Assembly: GCA_963662465.1 (NCBI GenBank)
Contig: OY759599.1
Location: forward strand, 2,496,001-2,560,000
Length of the DNA: 64,000 bases
Direction: 5' to 3'
Source: Desulfatiglandales bacterium
GTDB taxonomy: Bacteria > Desulfobacterota > DSM-4660 > Desulfatiglandales > Desulfatiglandaceae
This document shows, piece by piece, positions 52,973 to 61,878 of the stretch (the first letter of the stretch is position 1; each line of letters starts with the position of its first letter). The translations under genes were made by a program, and so were the position numbers. The notes below the pieces were generated by a model that saw only the letters and a list, made by a program, of their open reading frames with translations, was not told the origin of the DNA and did not search any database.

Positions 52973-53371
52973 ATGAAACGCGACTGTCTGAATTGTGGAC
53001 AAAAAGAAATGGTGCATACTGTTCGAGATGTGCCTTACACCTATAAAGGGCATCATGCCGTTATACCTGTCGTCAATGGATGGCACTGTTTTCATTGCGG
53101 GGAAGTCGAATTTGATGTAGGTGAAGGAGTTCGTTTTGCCGAGGCCATCAAACAAGTCGCCAGGGAAATTGATTCGAAGGAAGCGGCTGAACTTGCAAGA
53201 ATTCGTAAAAAACTCAAGCTGACACAGCAGGAAGCGGCCCTGCTCACCGGGGGAGGCCGAAATGCATTTTCCCGATACGAACGTGGGAAGGCCAAACCCC
53301 TGCAATCAGTCAGCAACCTTTTTAAACTTCTGGACAAACATCCCGAGCTGCTGGATGAAATCACTCCTTGA
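52973..53371 (+). CDS. mqsA: MqsA family antitoxin
   Basis: CLNC / CFHC zinc finger; LTQQEAA..GGGRNAFSRYERG HTH. Confidence 0.95.
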   Translation: MKRDCLNCGQKEMVHTVRDVPYTYKGHHAVIPVVNGWHCFHCGEVEFDVGEGVRFAEAIKQVAREIDSKEAAELARIRKKLKLTQQEAALLTGGGRNAFSRYERGKAKPLQSVSNLFKLLDKHPELLDEITP

Positions 53372-53550
53372 TCTTTCGGAAGAATGGGACGTTATAAAAT
53401 TATAAAATGGTCTCGCGCAGAGGCGCAGAGGCGCTGAGAAGAGAGGAAAAGAAGGTGAGAGGGTAAGAATGGCAATCCTGTCCATCATTTAATCTTTAAA
53501 ATCGCGTTCAAGCATTTTGTCCCGGCTTGCGTCCGTAGCCATTTCTGCCA

Positions 53551-53742
53551 TTATGGGATTGCACCCGAATGGTATGCTGCTGAGGAAAATGCCAAACAGG
53601 CAATGGGCCTGTCACCGGAAAATGCCAGGTATTTCAAATGCTCGCCAACAGGCTGCGTATAGCCGAGATAGAGATACTGCGCCATAAGCGCATTGAAAAA
53701 CTTTTCGGAGACGTACACCTTCTGCCGGGCATTGAATTCAGC
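53551..53742 (-). pseudogene. DUF4338 internal fragment abutting a 22-bp piece of the AAA-nuclease 3' end
   Basis: YLGYTQPVGEHLKYL...PIACL; TCTGCCGGGCATTGAATTCAGC also occurs at about 49118-49139. Confidence 0.65.
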
Positions 53743-53836
53743 GGTGACAGTCTGCGTCATATTGTCGTTTTTTGGTGTAAATCACCGCATTGTGGAGTAT
53801 GGTTATCGCGATGAGAATTGAGGAAGGAGAATACAC

Positions 53837-54742
53837 ATGGAAGCTCATACCAGAGAAGAAATCAAAAAACTTATCATAGCAGAACTTCCTGAATTGATGA
53901 AAATTGATCCGGATATACGTAATTTCATATTGGATGTGACACGTAAAAGCTATTCGAGCAAACGAGAAACCGAAAGTCGTTTTGACCGGATCATGGACGA
54001 GTTAAAGAGGGACCGTGAAGCCCGTGATAAGAAATGGGAAGCTCAGGAGAAGAAATGGGCGGCCCAGGACAAAAAATGGGAAGCTCAAAATAAAAAATGG
54101 TTAGGTCAGGATAAGAAATGCGAGGCCCAGGATAAAAAATGGGAAACAGAGCGAAGGGAACAGAATGAAAAGTGGGTCTCTTGGGAGAAGAGATGGGAGG
54201 TAGAGCGAAAGGAACAGAATGACAAGTGGGACGCCCAGGATAAGAAATGGGAGACAGAGCGAAGGGAACAGAATAACAAGTGGGAAGAAAACCAACGTGT
54301 TATCAACGAGATGCTTGTATCGATCCAGAAACTTGACCAGAAACACGAGGCTACCATAGGCGCTCTTGGGGCAAGATGGGGCCTGCATTCTGAATCTGCG
54401 TTTCGAAAGGGTCTGCGGGCTATTCTGGAAGGGTCCTTTGGGGTGAAGGTGGAGAGATATGAAGACTACGACCATGAGGGAACGGTATTCGGGCGACCGG
54501 AGCAGATTGAGTTGGATGTGATCATTCATAATGGAACCCTGATTCTGTGCGAGATCAAATCGTCCATGAGCAAATCGGACATGTACAGTTTCTGGCGCAA
54601 AAAAAAATTCTATGAAAACAAGCATGACCGCAAGACCAACCGGGTCATGGTTATTTCGCCCATGATAGATGATTACGCCAGGTCCGCGGCAAAGGATCTG
54701 GGTATCGAGGTTTATGGATATGCCGATAGCGTCAAGCTTTAG
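53837..54742 (+). CDS. DUF3782-type nuclease-fold protein, long coiled coil
   Basis: Near-identical to 51467-52147 plus 75 aa of WEAQDKK-type repeats. Confidence 0.8.
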   Translation: MEAHTREEIKKLIIAELPELMKIDPDIRNFILDVTRKSYSSKRETESRFDRIMDELKRDREARDKKWEAQEKKWAAQDKKWEAQNKKWLGQDKKCEAQDKKWETERREQNEKWVSWEKRWEVERKEQNDKWDAQDKKWETERREQNNKWEENQRVINEMLVSIQKLDQKHEATIGALGARWGLHSESAFRKGLRAILEGSFGVKVERYEDYDHEGTVFGRPEQIELDVIIHNGTLILCEIKSSMSKSDMYSFWRKKKFYENKHDRKTNRVMVISPMIDDYARSAAKDLGIEVYGYADSVKL

Positions 54743-55014
54743 ATGCGTCAGAGTGGAATAAATGCGGGGGGAAGATTAACCAAAGCCGCAAGCCAGGTGT
54801 CGGATGTGCTGATTTAACCATGGTTCAAGACGATACTGCATGGTTACCGGTGGCATGGGCGAAAGATTTTTCACCCCTACGAAGGCCCCAATGAATATCC
54901 CATCAATGATTAAGGCGATCTGCTTTTGATATTTTGCAGGCGTATTTTTTTGTGATCGTTTGCTGGGACACCGTCTTCTCATCCTGTTCATCGTGTTAAA
55001 TCCTGTGAATCGTG

Positions 55015-55190
55015 ATCTATGAAATAGAGGATCTCTCACTCGTTCCTCTTCTGTTCCAAACCGGATACCTGACGATTAAAGGACATAATGACGATTTCAT
55101 GACCTACAGACTGGGATATCCAAATTTTGAAGTGGAAAACAGCTTCCAGTATGCCCTTTTAAGAAGTTACAGCTATACAGAAACAGATGG
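55015..55190 (+). pseudogene. Internal fragment of an AAA/PD-(D/E)XK gene
   Basis: LLFQTGYLTIK...LGYPNFEV motif. Confidence 0.7.
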
Positions 55191-55288
55191 TTGCACCCTG
55201 AACCTGTGAACCCTTACAATTTTTCTTTGATTAGAAAATGGGATTATGACATAATGGCGCGATAAAAAATGAGGAGGAAAAAAACTCA

Positions 55289-55771
55289 ATGGATCAAATC
55301 AATACATTGGATTTGAAGACATATATTTCCAATGCAGTAACAGGTGTGTTCGATGCAATGCTCGCTATGAACGTGGAATTCGTTGATAGTGCAACCTACA
55401 CTGCCTCGGACGGAATGCAAATCGTGGGATCGGTTAGTTTCGCCGGAAAAGCCATGGGGAGCATCAACCTCCATGTCAATGGAGATTTTGCCCGACTCAT
55501 CACCGCCGCCATGCTGGACATGGAAGAGGATGAAATTGAAGGGGATGAGGAGGTCCATGACGTGGTTGGAGAACTGAGCAATATGATCGGCGGCGATCTC
55601 AAAAGCCGCCTTTGCGATGTCGGGCTTACCTGTGAATTATCCATTCCCACCATCACCAGCGGCAGGGAGTTTAGAGTTGAGCATAAGGGGTGGGCAAGGC
55701 ACGAAGGCTTTGTTTTTAACTACCGAACACAAACCGGTCTGGTGGATGTTTTTTTGAAATCCGTAAATTGA
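55289..55771 (+). CDS. cheX: CheX-family chemotaxis phosphatase
   Basis: DVVGELSNMIGG, LSIPTI. Confidence 0.8.
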   Translation: MDQINTLDLKTYISNAVTGVFDAMLAMNVEFVDSATYTASDGMQIVGSVSFAGKAMGSINLHVNGDFARLITAAMLDMEEDEIEGDEEVHDVVGELSNMIGGDLKSRLCDVGLTCELSIPTITSGREFRVEHKGWARHEGFVFNYRTQTGLVDVFLKSVN

Positions 55772-55786
55772 CGGTAAATCAGGAGG

Positions 55787-56533
55787 ATGGTTATGGCCTT
55801 GAAGGTCCTGGTTGTTGATGATAGTAAGACGATCCGAATGATCGTAAAGAAAGCCTTTAAATCCTTTAAATGCGAAATATTTGAGGCAGGTGATGGGAAG
55901 GAAGGCCTGGAGAAGGCATCCGGCGAAAAACCGGGCCTGATTGTTTTGGATATTACCATGCCGGTAATGACCGGAACGGAGATGTTGGAACAGTTGAGGG
56001 CAAACCCGGAATTGGCTGCCACCCCCGTTATCATGCTGACGGCGGAATCGGGCAAAGAAAATGTCATGAAGATTCTCAAGATGGGCGTCAAAGATTACAT
56101 GGTAAAGCCCTTCAAGGGACAAGACTTGATCGAAAGGGTTAATAAAATATTGACCCTCGAAGCCAAGGAGGCAGCGGGACCGGAGGATACTGCCGGCAAA
56201 TATTTTTCCATGGATGGCGATGTTCAACTTCTGACGTTGCCGAGGAAGATCGAAAGGCCGGTCAGTGTCGCCATTGAAGGGCATTTAAAAACCGGAATCG
56301 AAGGGATGAAAAGCGCCGGTATCACCAAATTCGTTCTGAATCTGAGCCGGGTATCGGGGACGAATGTGACGCTGATCAAATTGATCATCAAGGTGATTCA
56401 AAGCTGCCAAAAAGCGGGCATCCGCATTCGCGTCATGGGCACCCAGGCCATGCGGGATGAGCTGAAGGATTTCCAAGAAACCAGCGAAATCACTATCGAT
56501 CTTTCCATGGATGAAGCCAAGGCGGCCCTATAA
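55787..56533 (+). CDS. Response regulator receiver with C-terminal STAS-like domain
   Basis: VLVVDD, LDITMP, MLTA, KPF. Confidence 0.8.
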   Translation: MVMALKVLVVDDSKTIRMIVKKAFKSFKCEIFEAGDGKEGLEKASGEKPGLIVLDITMPVMTGTEMLEQLRANPELAATPVIMLTAESGKENVMKILKMGVKDYMVKPFKGQDLIERVNKILTLEAKEAAGPEDTAGKYFSMDGDVQLLTLPRKIERPVSVAIEGHLKTGIEGMKSAGITKFVLNLSRVSGTNVTLIKLIIKVIQSCQKAGIRIRVMGTQAMRDELKDFQETSEITIDLSMDEAKAAL

Positions 56534-56815
56534 CTTGATTGGCAGCGCTCGCAAGGAAACGTGGCATGCAAATGTTGCAGCACAGCTTGATCAAGAGGGT
56601 ATTTTTTTCCTATCCATGCAGGATTTTACCGCTTGAAAAATTCACATAACCCATTGCATTTTAAGATTAAAACCATTCTACTATAAGTCCTGCACGGTTC
56701 TTGCATCGCCTATATGCCAGTTAACACGGCGATTTGGAATTCGATTTCGGGCAGCCGGCGCCATCGCCAACCAACAGGCTTGAATGGCGCTGTCTTTTAA
56801 GGGAGGAGAAAGAAA

Positions 56816-57274
56816 ATGATCATAAATCAAAACCAAGAGATCCTTGCGAGCAATTACGCCGGAAGGACTAATTCTAAATCGAAGCCCGCCGGGTCTGAAT
56901 TCGGCGCCATCCTCGATGAGACCTTGGGGAAGGTATCGAAAGCAACGGCAAACGACCCGCAAATGCCCAAAATTGAAGGGCTATCCAAAACACAATTCGA
57001 TTTTTTTTCCTCTGTGGAAAATGGCACGGTCAAGCAGGTAGAAAATTTTCTGAAAATCCTGAGCGACTATCAAGAGAAACTGGGCAACCCCGATGCGGGG
57101 CTAAAAGAGATTTCCCCTTTGATCGATCAAATGCGGAAAGAAAAACAGGGATTGGCTTCGGCCCTCGACTCACTTCCCGATGAAGATGGCTTGAAGGAAA
57201 TCCTGAATGAAACGCTGATCCTATCTTCTCTGGAGACCATCAAATTCAACAGGGGGGACTATAACCCTCAATAA
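56816..57274 (+). CDS. Hypothetical protein
   Basis: GGAGGAG upstream, 152 aa ORF ending KFNRGDY. Confidence 0.7.
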   Translation: MIINQNQEILASNYAGRTNSKSKPAGSEFGAILDETLGKVSKATANDPQMPKIEGLSKTQFDFFSSVENGTVKQVENFLKILSDYQEKLGNPDAGLKEISPLIDQMRKEKQGLASALDSLPDEDGLKEILNETLILSSLETIKFNRGDYNPQ

Positions 57275-57281
57275 ACCTAAC

Positions 57282-57336
57282 GCGGCATAACCGCAGTTTT
57301 AAGTTTTAAGTTTTAAGTTTTAAGTTCCTGCGGCAT
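57282..57336. repeat. (AGTTTTA)4 array in a short stem between convergent genes
   Basis: CCGCAG / CTGCGG stem; GCGGCAT direct repeats at 57282 and 57330. Confidence 0.7.
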
Positions 57337-57338
57337 CA

Positions 57339-58670
57339 TTAATCCGACAATTCTGAATTCGCGCCCTCGGTTTCTACAAAATTCCGCATATTTTCGATGT
57401 AGATGAGCAGCTCATCCGCCAGTGTTCTATCCAGATCCACCAGTAGTCGATGCTGCGCCACTGCAGCAGCCCTGTTGCCGGAGGTCAAATAGATCAATCC
57501 CAGGATATGGTGGGCCTCCGCATATTCAGGGTTCAGCGACACCGCCTGCCGCAGTTCTGCCATCGCCTCTTTATAATAACGGCGTTTGGCGTAGGAAACG
57601 CCGAGGCCGTACCGCGCCTCCGCCAGGTCCGGGCTTGTCAAAATAATCTGTTTGTATACGGCCATGGCATCTTCATAACGGCCCAGCAATAGATAAGAAT
57701 TTGCCTGAACCAACGACGTCTGTGCAGAGCCTTGCTTGTTCGGTGCGGATGTTTGTCGGCCTTCCGGTTTTGGCGCTATGGCGCCGGCATCATTTGTTTC
57801 ACGATCCAAATTCCCATACCCCGCTTCCAGCGCTGGTGGGTCCGGCGGGATCACGCCGATCCGCCGGTCCGGGAAATAGGAGGCCACAACAAGCAGCACG
57901 GCAACCCCTAAAAAAACCCACAATATCCTTGGCCCTTCAATCTTCCGGTGTATCAACCGAAATTTTCCCAAACGATCCCATGGCGCAAGCCCATCCTTTC
58001 TAAGCCTGAAATATGAAACCGCTATTGTTGCGGGGGCAATCAAAAAAAAACCCGTACCGACGCCGTTGCACCATACGGAAATACTTCGCAGAAAGGCACC
58101 CCAAAGTCCGGGACTTCTTAAAGACCGATCGATTATTTCGGTGTTCAGCATCCATTTGCCTGGGGTGACGCCGAATACGCGCAACAGCACCGCTTCCACG
58201 AAAACCCAAAAAAACGTCATTACTACAGGGAAAAAAAAGGAAGGAACACTCCGCCAGAGAGCCAGGTCGAACAGATGCACCCATCGGAGAAACAGTGCAA
58301 ACAGGAAATAATCGATCATCCTTGCCGAAAGCCGTATCCATGGGTGCGTTCCCGCATAAGTCTGATGGCCGTTCTTCGGCTTCTTACGGGTTGCCGGTTT
58401 GGTAAAACGACCGAAAAAAGATGCGACTTCAGATGGCGGCTTCCCTTGGGGAAGCGCCCCTTCCCTTTGGAGGGACAGTGAATTAAGGATTTTCCGGTAA
58501 GCCTTGTTGATTTTTTTCAGCTTCTTTTCGGCCTTTTTTTTCAAACGGGGACTTTTTGAAAAAGCCTCGGGATTCCATGCCGCCAGAAGATCTTCATAGG
58601 CCTGCCCCACCTCTTCCGGCGAGGCATTGGCATCAATCTCCAGAATTTCATAGTACCGATATCTGTTCAT
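57339..58670 (-). CDS. J-like domain + RDD membrane domain + TPR protein
   Basis: YYEILEI...INKAY; PWIRLSARMIDY, TPGKW; TPRs. Confidence 0.8.
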   Translation of the reverse strand: MNRYRYYEILEIDANASPEEVGQAYEDLLAAWNPEAFSKSPRLKKKAEKKLKKINKAYRKILNSLSLQREGALPQGKPPSEVASFFGRFTKPATRKKPKNGHQTYAGTHPWIRLSARMIDYFLFALFLRWVHLFDLALWRSVPSFFFPVVMTFFWVFVEAVLLRVFGVTPGKWMLNTEIIDRSLRSPGLWGAFLRSISVWCNGVGTGFFLIAPATIAVSYFRLRKDGLAPWDRLGKFRLIHRKIEGPRILWVFLGVAVLLVVASYFPDRRIGVIPPDPPALEAGYGNLDRETNDAGAIAPKPEGRQTSAPNKQGSAQTSLVQANSYLLLGRYEDAMAVYKQIILTSPDLAEARYGLGVSYAKRRYYKEAMAELRQAVSLNPEYAEAHHILGLIYLTSGNRAAAVAQHRLLVDLDRTLADELLIYIENMRNFVETEGANSELSD

Positions 58671-58706
58671 TGTAGGTTTTAAGCCTTAGGTATTTTACCT
58701 ATAAAA

Positions 58707-58722
58707 CGGCACAAAAAATGCA
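58707..58722 (+). promoter_or_regulatory. Possible sigma-54 promoter
   Basis: CGGCACAAAAAATGCA (GG-N10-GC). Confidence 0.4.
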
Positions 58723-58875
58723 TATTAAAGTCATGCACCATATGGAGAAACGCAGCAATTGGACAACCCCGTATTTGAAATGGCCATTCACGGACCACCA
58801 CTGTCAATTTATTGACTAGAAAGGTAGAAGAGGCGTCATGACATTTGGGAAATGCCATGCAGAAAAGGATATTAG

Positions 58876-59916
58876 ATGAAAAACAGGCAGAATCCAAGGA
58901 CAAAGTTAATTCTCATTCTGACCTTTTCCCTACTCTTTTTCCGGGTAGCATTCGGGGATGCCGCGGATAATATCCAACTGAGAAAATACCCTTCGCGGGA
59001 TGCAATCGTTCTAGGGACCGTGTCTAGTGATCACGAAATTAAAATAATAGAAGAGTATGGCCCCTGGTACTATATTGTGGTTGAGGGAACGACCTATGGT
59101 GGTGGATGGGTATATGCAAATGATCTGAAATCAGAGCTCATCCAAAGCCGGGAGACAAGCGCCCTGCCTGAATTGGCAGATGTATCACAGGAAAAGACGC
59201 CAGGAACACTAAAACAAGGGATTCGTCCGGAAAAGCAATCATCTAAAATCCAGAGTTCAATCAAAATTGAGAAAAACCTTGCGCCGCCCTCTCATGGTAA
59301 AGTTTCCATGAGTACTGTCAAAATTCATTCATCCACCCATCCCGGATTTCCAAAGAAAAACTCTGGTGCGACAATCATTTCAAACAAAGGAATTCCCGAT
59401 AAAAAAAAGCCGGAAAAGCCTTCCGTTCAAGCCGAAAACATTGCCGTAAAAAGGGATTTGCATTCGGTTCAAACATCAATCGATCCGATACTTGAGGAAA
59501 GAGAAAATATCAGGGAACAAACTACCCATCAAACCGGAAGCGACCGATTCAAAGATAATTTGCATATGTCCAGAAGGGAAACCGCACCTGAAAATACAAA
59601 AGAACAACAGATCCACGAACAGGCAATAGCAACCACGTTCACAGAGCGTAGTAAGCGGGATATTATGTCTCATACCGCTGCCCCCAACGTCATGGTATCG
59701 AGGGAATCTCGCGATAAAAAAGATCCGGCCTACAAAGGCGGATTTAGAGCCTTACTCGATTTTGGCTTCAAATTGCTATCCGTAGCGCTTTCCTGCCTGG
59801 CCATCATTTTTTCCTATAAGGCCAAAAAGATGGCAACGTTGAGTTATCAGGTTGCCATCCAATTTCAGCACGATTTTGAAATCCGGCAAGAGAGAGAATC
59901 GGATAGGCGGTACTAG
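58876..59916 (+). CDS. Exported protein with SH3-like domain and C-terminal TM segment
   Basis: Signal-like N-terminus; LRKYPS...GPWY...GWVY. Confidence 0.65.
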   Translation: MKNRQNPRTKLILILTFSLLFFRVAFGDAADNIQLRKYPSRDAIVLGTVSSDHEIKIIEEYGPWYYIVVEGTTYGGGWVYANDLKSELIQSRETSALPELADVSQEKTPGTLKQGIRPEKQSSKIQSSIKIEKNLAPPSHGKVSMSTVKIHSSTHPGFPKKNSGATIISNKGIPDKKKPEKPSVQAENIAVKRDLHSVQTSIDPILEERENIREQTTHQTGSDRFKDNLHMSRRETAPENTKEQQIHEQAIATTFTERSKRDIMSHTAAPNVMVSRESRDKKDPAYKGGFRALLDFGFKLLSVALSCLAIIFSYKAKKMATLSYQVAIQFQHDFEIRQERESDRRY

Positions 59917-59985
59917 AGCCGTGCCGAAACCTTGCAGGCGATATGCGGCCGCAAACCCTTGGGAAGGACTCAATTGGAGGCAAGC

Positions 59986-61023
59986 GTGAGTCGCATCAAT
60001 GAGTATGGGGATCTTCCGGATAAGCTGAAAGATACACAAAACAAGCTTGAATCGACCAGAGCCGCCTTGGAAAAAATGAAAATGATGGTCATCGAAGCCG
60101 AAACCGTCAACATGGAACTCGAGCAGATATTCGACCAATCCAGCACCGGCATATGGGTCATTGACACGCACTTCGAGATCCTTCGAATGAACCAAACCCT
60201 GGCCAGGCTTGCAGCCAGGAACAAGGATTCGGTTCGTGGACTGAAATGCTATGATGTTTTCCCAATTTCCCTTTGCCATACGCCCGAATGTCCTTTGGGC
60301 AAAATTAAAAAAGGGCGTTACGAGCTGGAATACGACATCGAAAAAGATGCTGAGACCGGATCAGGCGCATCCTATCTTTTAACCGCCAACCCTTTTTTCG
60401 GAATTACCGGGGAAATCATGGGCCTCGTGTCGGAATTTAAGGATATCACCCCTAGAAGACGCGCGGAAACCGCTTTGAGGAAAGCCAACAAAGAACTTCA
60501 GCATCTCTCCCTCATGGACGGCCTGACGCAGGTCGCCAACCGGCGGCGGTTTGACGAAGTTCTGGTTCAAGAATGGAAGAGAGCCGGCCGATCCCGCACC
60601 CCGCTCTCTTTAATATTCTGCGATATTGATCGCTTCAAATCCTTTAATGACGCCTATGGACATCAGGCCGGCGATGATTGTCTACGTCTGGTGGCACAGG
60701 TTCTTCGTTCAAATCTGAATCGAAAGGAAGATTTCGTGGCCCGATATGGCGGGGAAGAATTCACATTAGTGTTGCCCAATACCGATGCCGACGGCGCTTT
60801 CCATCTAGCCGAAGCCATTCGCAGAAAGGTGGAAGAACGGAGAATCGCCCACGCATTCTCCGGGACAAGCCCACATGTTACCATCAGTCTCGGCGTTTCC
60901 ACCATTGTTCCCCATCGGGATATGGATCCCGAATCGCTGGTTAGAATCGCAGATAGAGCGCTTTACGAGGCCAAGGAAGGGGGACGAAATCGCACGATTC
61001 CGAAACCGGCGAATCCGGATTAA
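59986..61023 (+). CDS. PAS-GGDEF diguanylate cyclase
   Basis: DGLTQVANRR, RKED I-site, GGEEF; GGAGG before GTG 59986. Confidence 0.9.
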   Translation: MSRINEYGDLPDKLKDTQNKLESTRAALEKMKMMVIEAETVNMELEQIFDQSSTGIWVIDTHFEILRMNQTLARLAARNKDSVRGLKCYDVFPISLCHTPECPLGKIKKGRYELEYDIEKDAETGSGASYLLTANPFFGITGEIMGLVSEFKDITPRRRAETALRKANKELQHLSLMDGLTQVANRRRFDEVLVQEWKRAGRSRTPLSLIFCDIDRFKSFNDAYGHQAGDDCLRLVAQVLRSNLNRKEDFVARYGGEEFTLVLPNTDADGAFHLAEAIRRKVEERRIAHAFSGTSPHVTISLGVSTIVPHRDMDPESLVRIADRALYEAKEGGRNRTIPKPANPD

Positions 61024-61033
61024 AACCGGACCA

Positions 61034-61237
61034 TCAAGCGTAGGCGCCGTGCGATAACGGTCTGGGTTTCACACTCTTCTTTTCCTTGAACATGAGACAA
61101 TCCATTCCCGACGAATTTCCCCTTACGACCCTGTTGGGCAATTGTCGGCTCTTAAACCCCATCCCCCGGCAACCGTGTGGAAAACGTTTGTCCCAGGTGA
61201 CGTAGTAAAATCGGCATTTATGGCAATCGATGGACAT
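61034..61237 (-). CDS. Small Cys-rich hypothetical protein
   Basis: CHKCRFYYVTWD..FPHGC..MGFKS; AGGAG RBS. Confidence 0.7.
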   Translation of the reverse strand: MSIDCHKCRFYYVTWDKRFPHGCRGMGFKSRQLPNRVVRGNSSGMDCLMFKEKKSVKPRPLSHGAYA

Positions 61238-61256
61238 GCAAAGATTAACTCCTGGA

Positions 61257-61384
61257 TAACCGTTCACGGTTTACGGTTGCCGGTTTACGGTTGAAAAACA
61301 AGTGTAAATCTGTATGAAGGAAACCCATAATTCATTGAAAAACCGTGAACCGGCAACTGTAAACCGGCAACCGTAAACGGTTAC
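61257..61384. mobile_element. 128-bp MITE-like hairpin of inverted heptamer arrays
   Basis: CGGTTTA/CGGTTGC units versus their reverse complements; flanked by 9-bp direct repeat ACTCCTGGA. Confidence 0.6.
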
Positions 61385-61401
61385 ACTCCTGGAATAGCAG
61401 G

Positions 61402-61875
61402 CTATCGTCTCAATCCCCCGTCGACAATCAACCCCATATTATCGAGCATAGTCCATGCCCGACGATATTCCGGATCATTATCATCAAAGGACCCTGAAAC
61501 AATGGCGTTGAGGACCTCATCGCTCACGCCGGCTTTTTTAAGTGCAATCACATCATCCGGGGTCAGGCTTTTGATGGATTTTGTTTGGGTTCCATACACA
61601 ACGGGCTTTGTATCTTTTGTAAAAGAGCCTTTTTTGATGATGCTGGTAATGCTTTCATCACTCATCCCCGCCTGTTTCATTTCCACAATCTCCTTGACGC
61701 TGAAGGCGCAGGTCTCAACCACTTTTTCATCCATGACGGTCTGAATGACGCCGTCGCCCAAACCCGCTTTCTTGAGCGTGATGATATCTTCCGTATCCAG
61801 AGAAAGCGCCGGAACGGATGGCAAAAAAACCACAAGCAGCCAGAACAATGCCCAAATCAAGCTTTTCATACGCAT
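61402..61875 (-). CDS. Exported hypothetical protein
   Basis: Signal peptide; three repeats resembling DVIALKKAGVSDEV. Confidence 0.7.
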   Translation of the reverse strand: MRMKSLIWALFWLLVVFLPSVPALSLDTEDIITLKKAGLGDGVIQTVMDEKVVETCAFSVKEIVEMKQAGMSDESITSIIKKGSFTKDTKPVVYGTQTKSIKSLTPDDVIALKKAGVSDEVLNAIVSGSFDDNDPEYRRAWTMLDNMGLIVDGGLRR

Positions 61876-61878
61876 CTG

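Noticed and set aside
51224..55014. Classical integron or CRISPR array
   Set aside because: No intI or cas gene, no regular repeat-spacer period, and the hairpins do not fit RYYYAAC/GTTRRRY geometry
56689..56705. Sigma-54 promoter TGCACGGTTCTTGCA
   Set aside because: Lacks the invariant GG at -24
61034..61237. Uracil-DNA glycosylase label I recall being given to similar small proteins
   Set aside because: Too short and no UDG motifs
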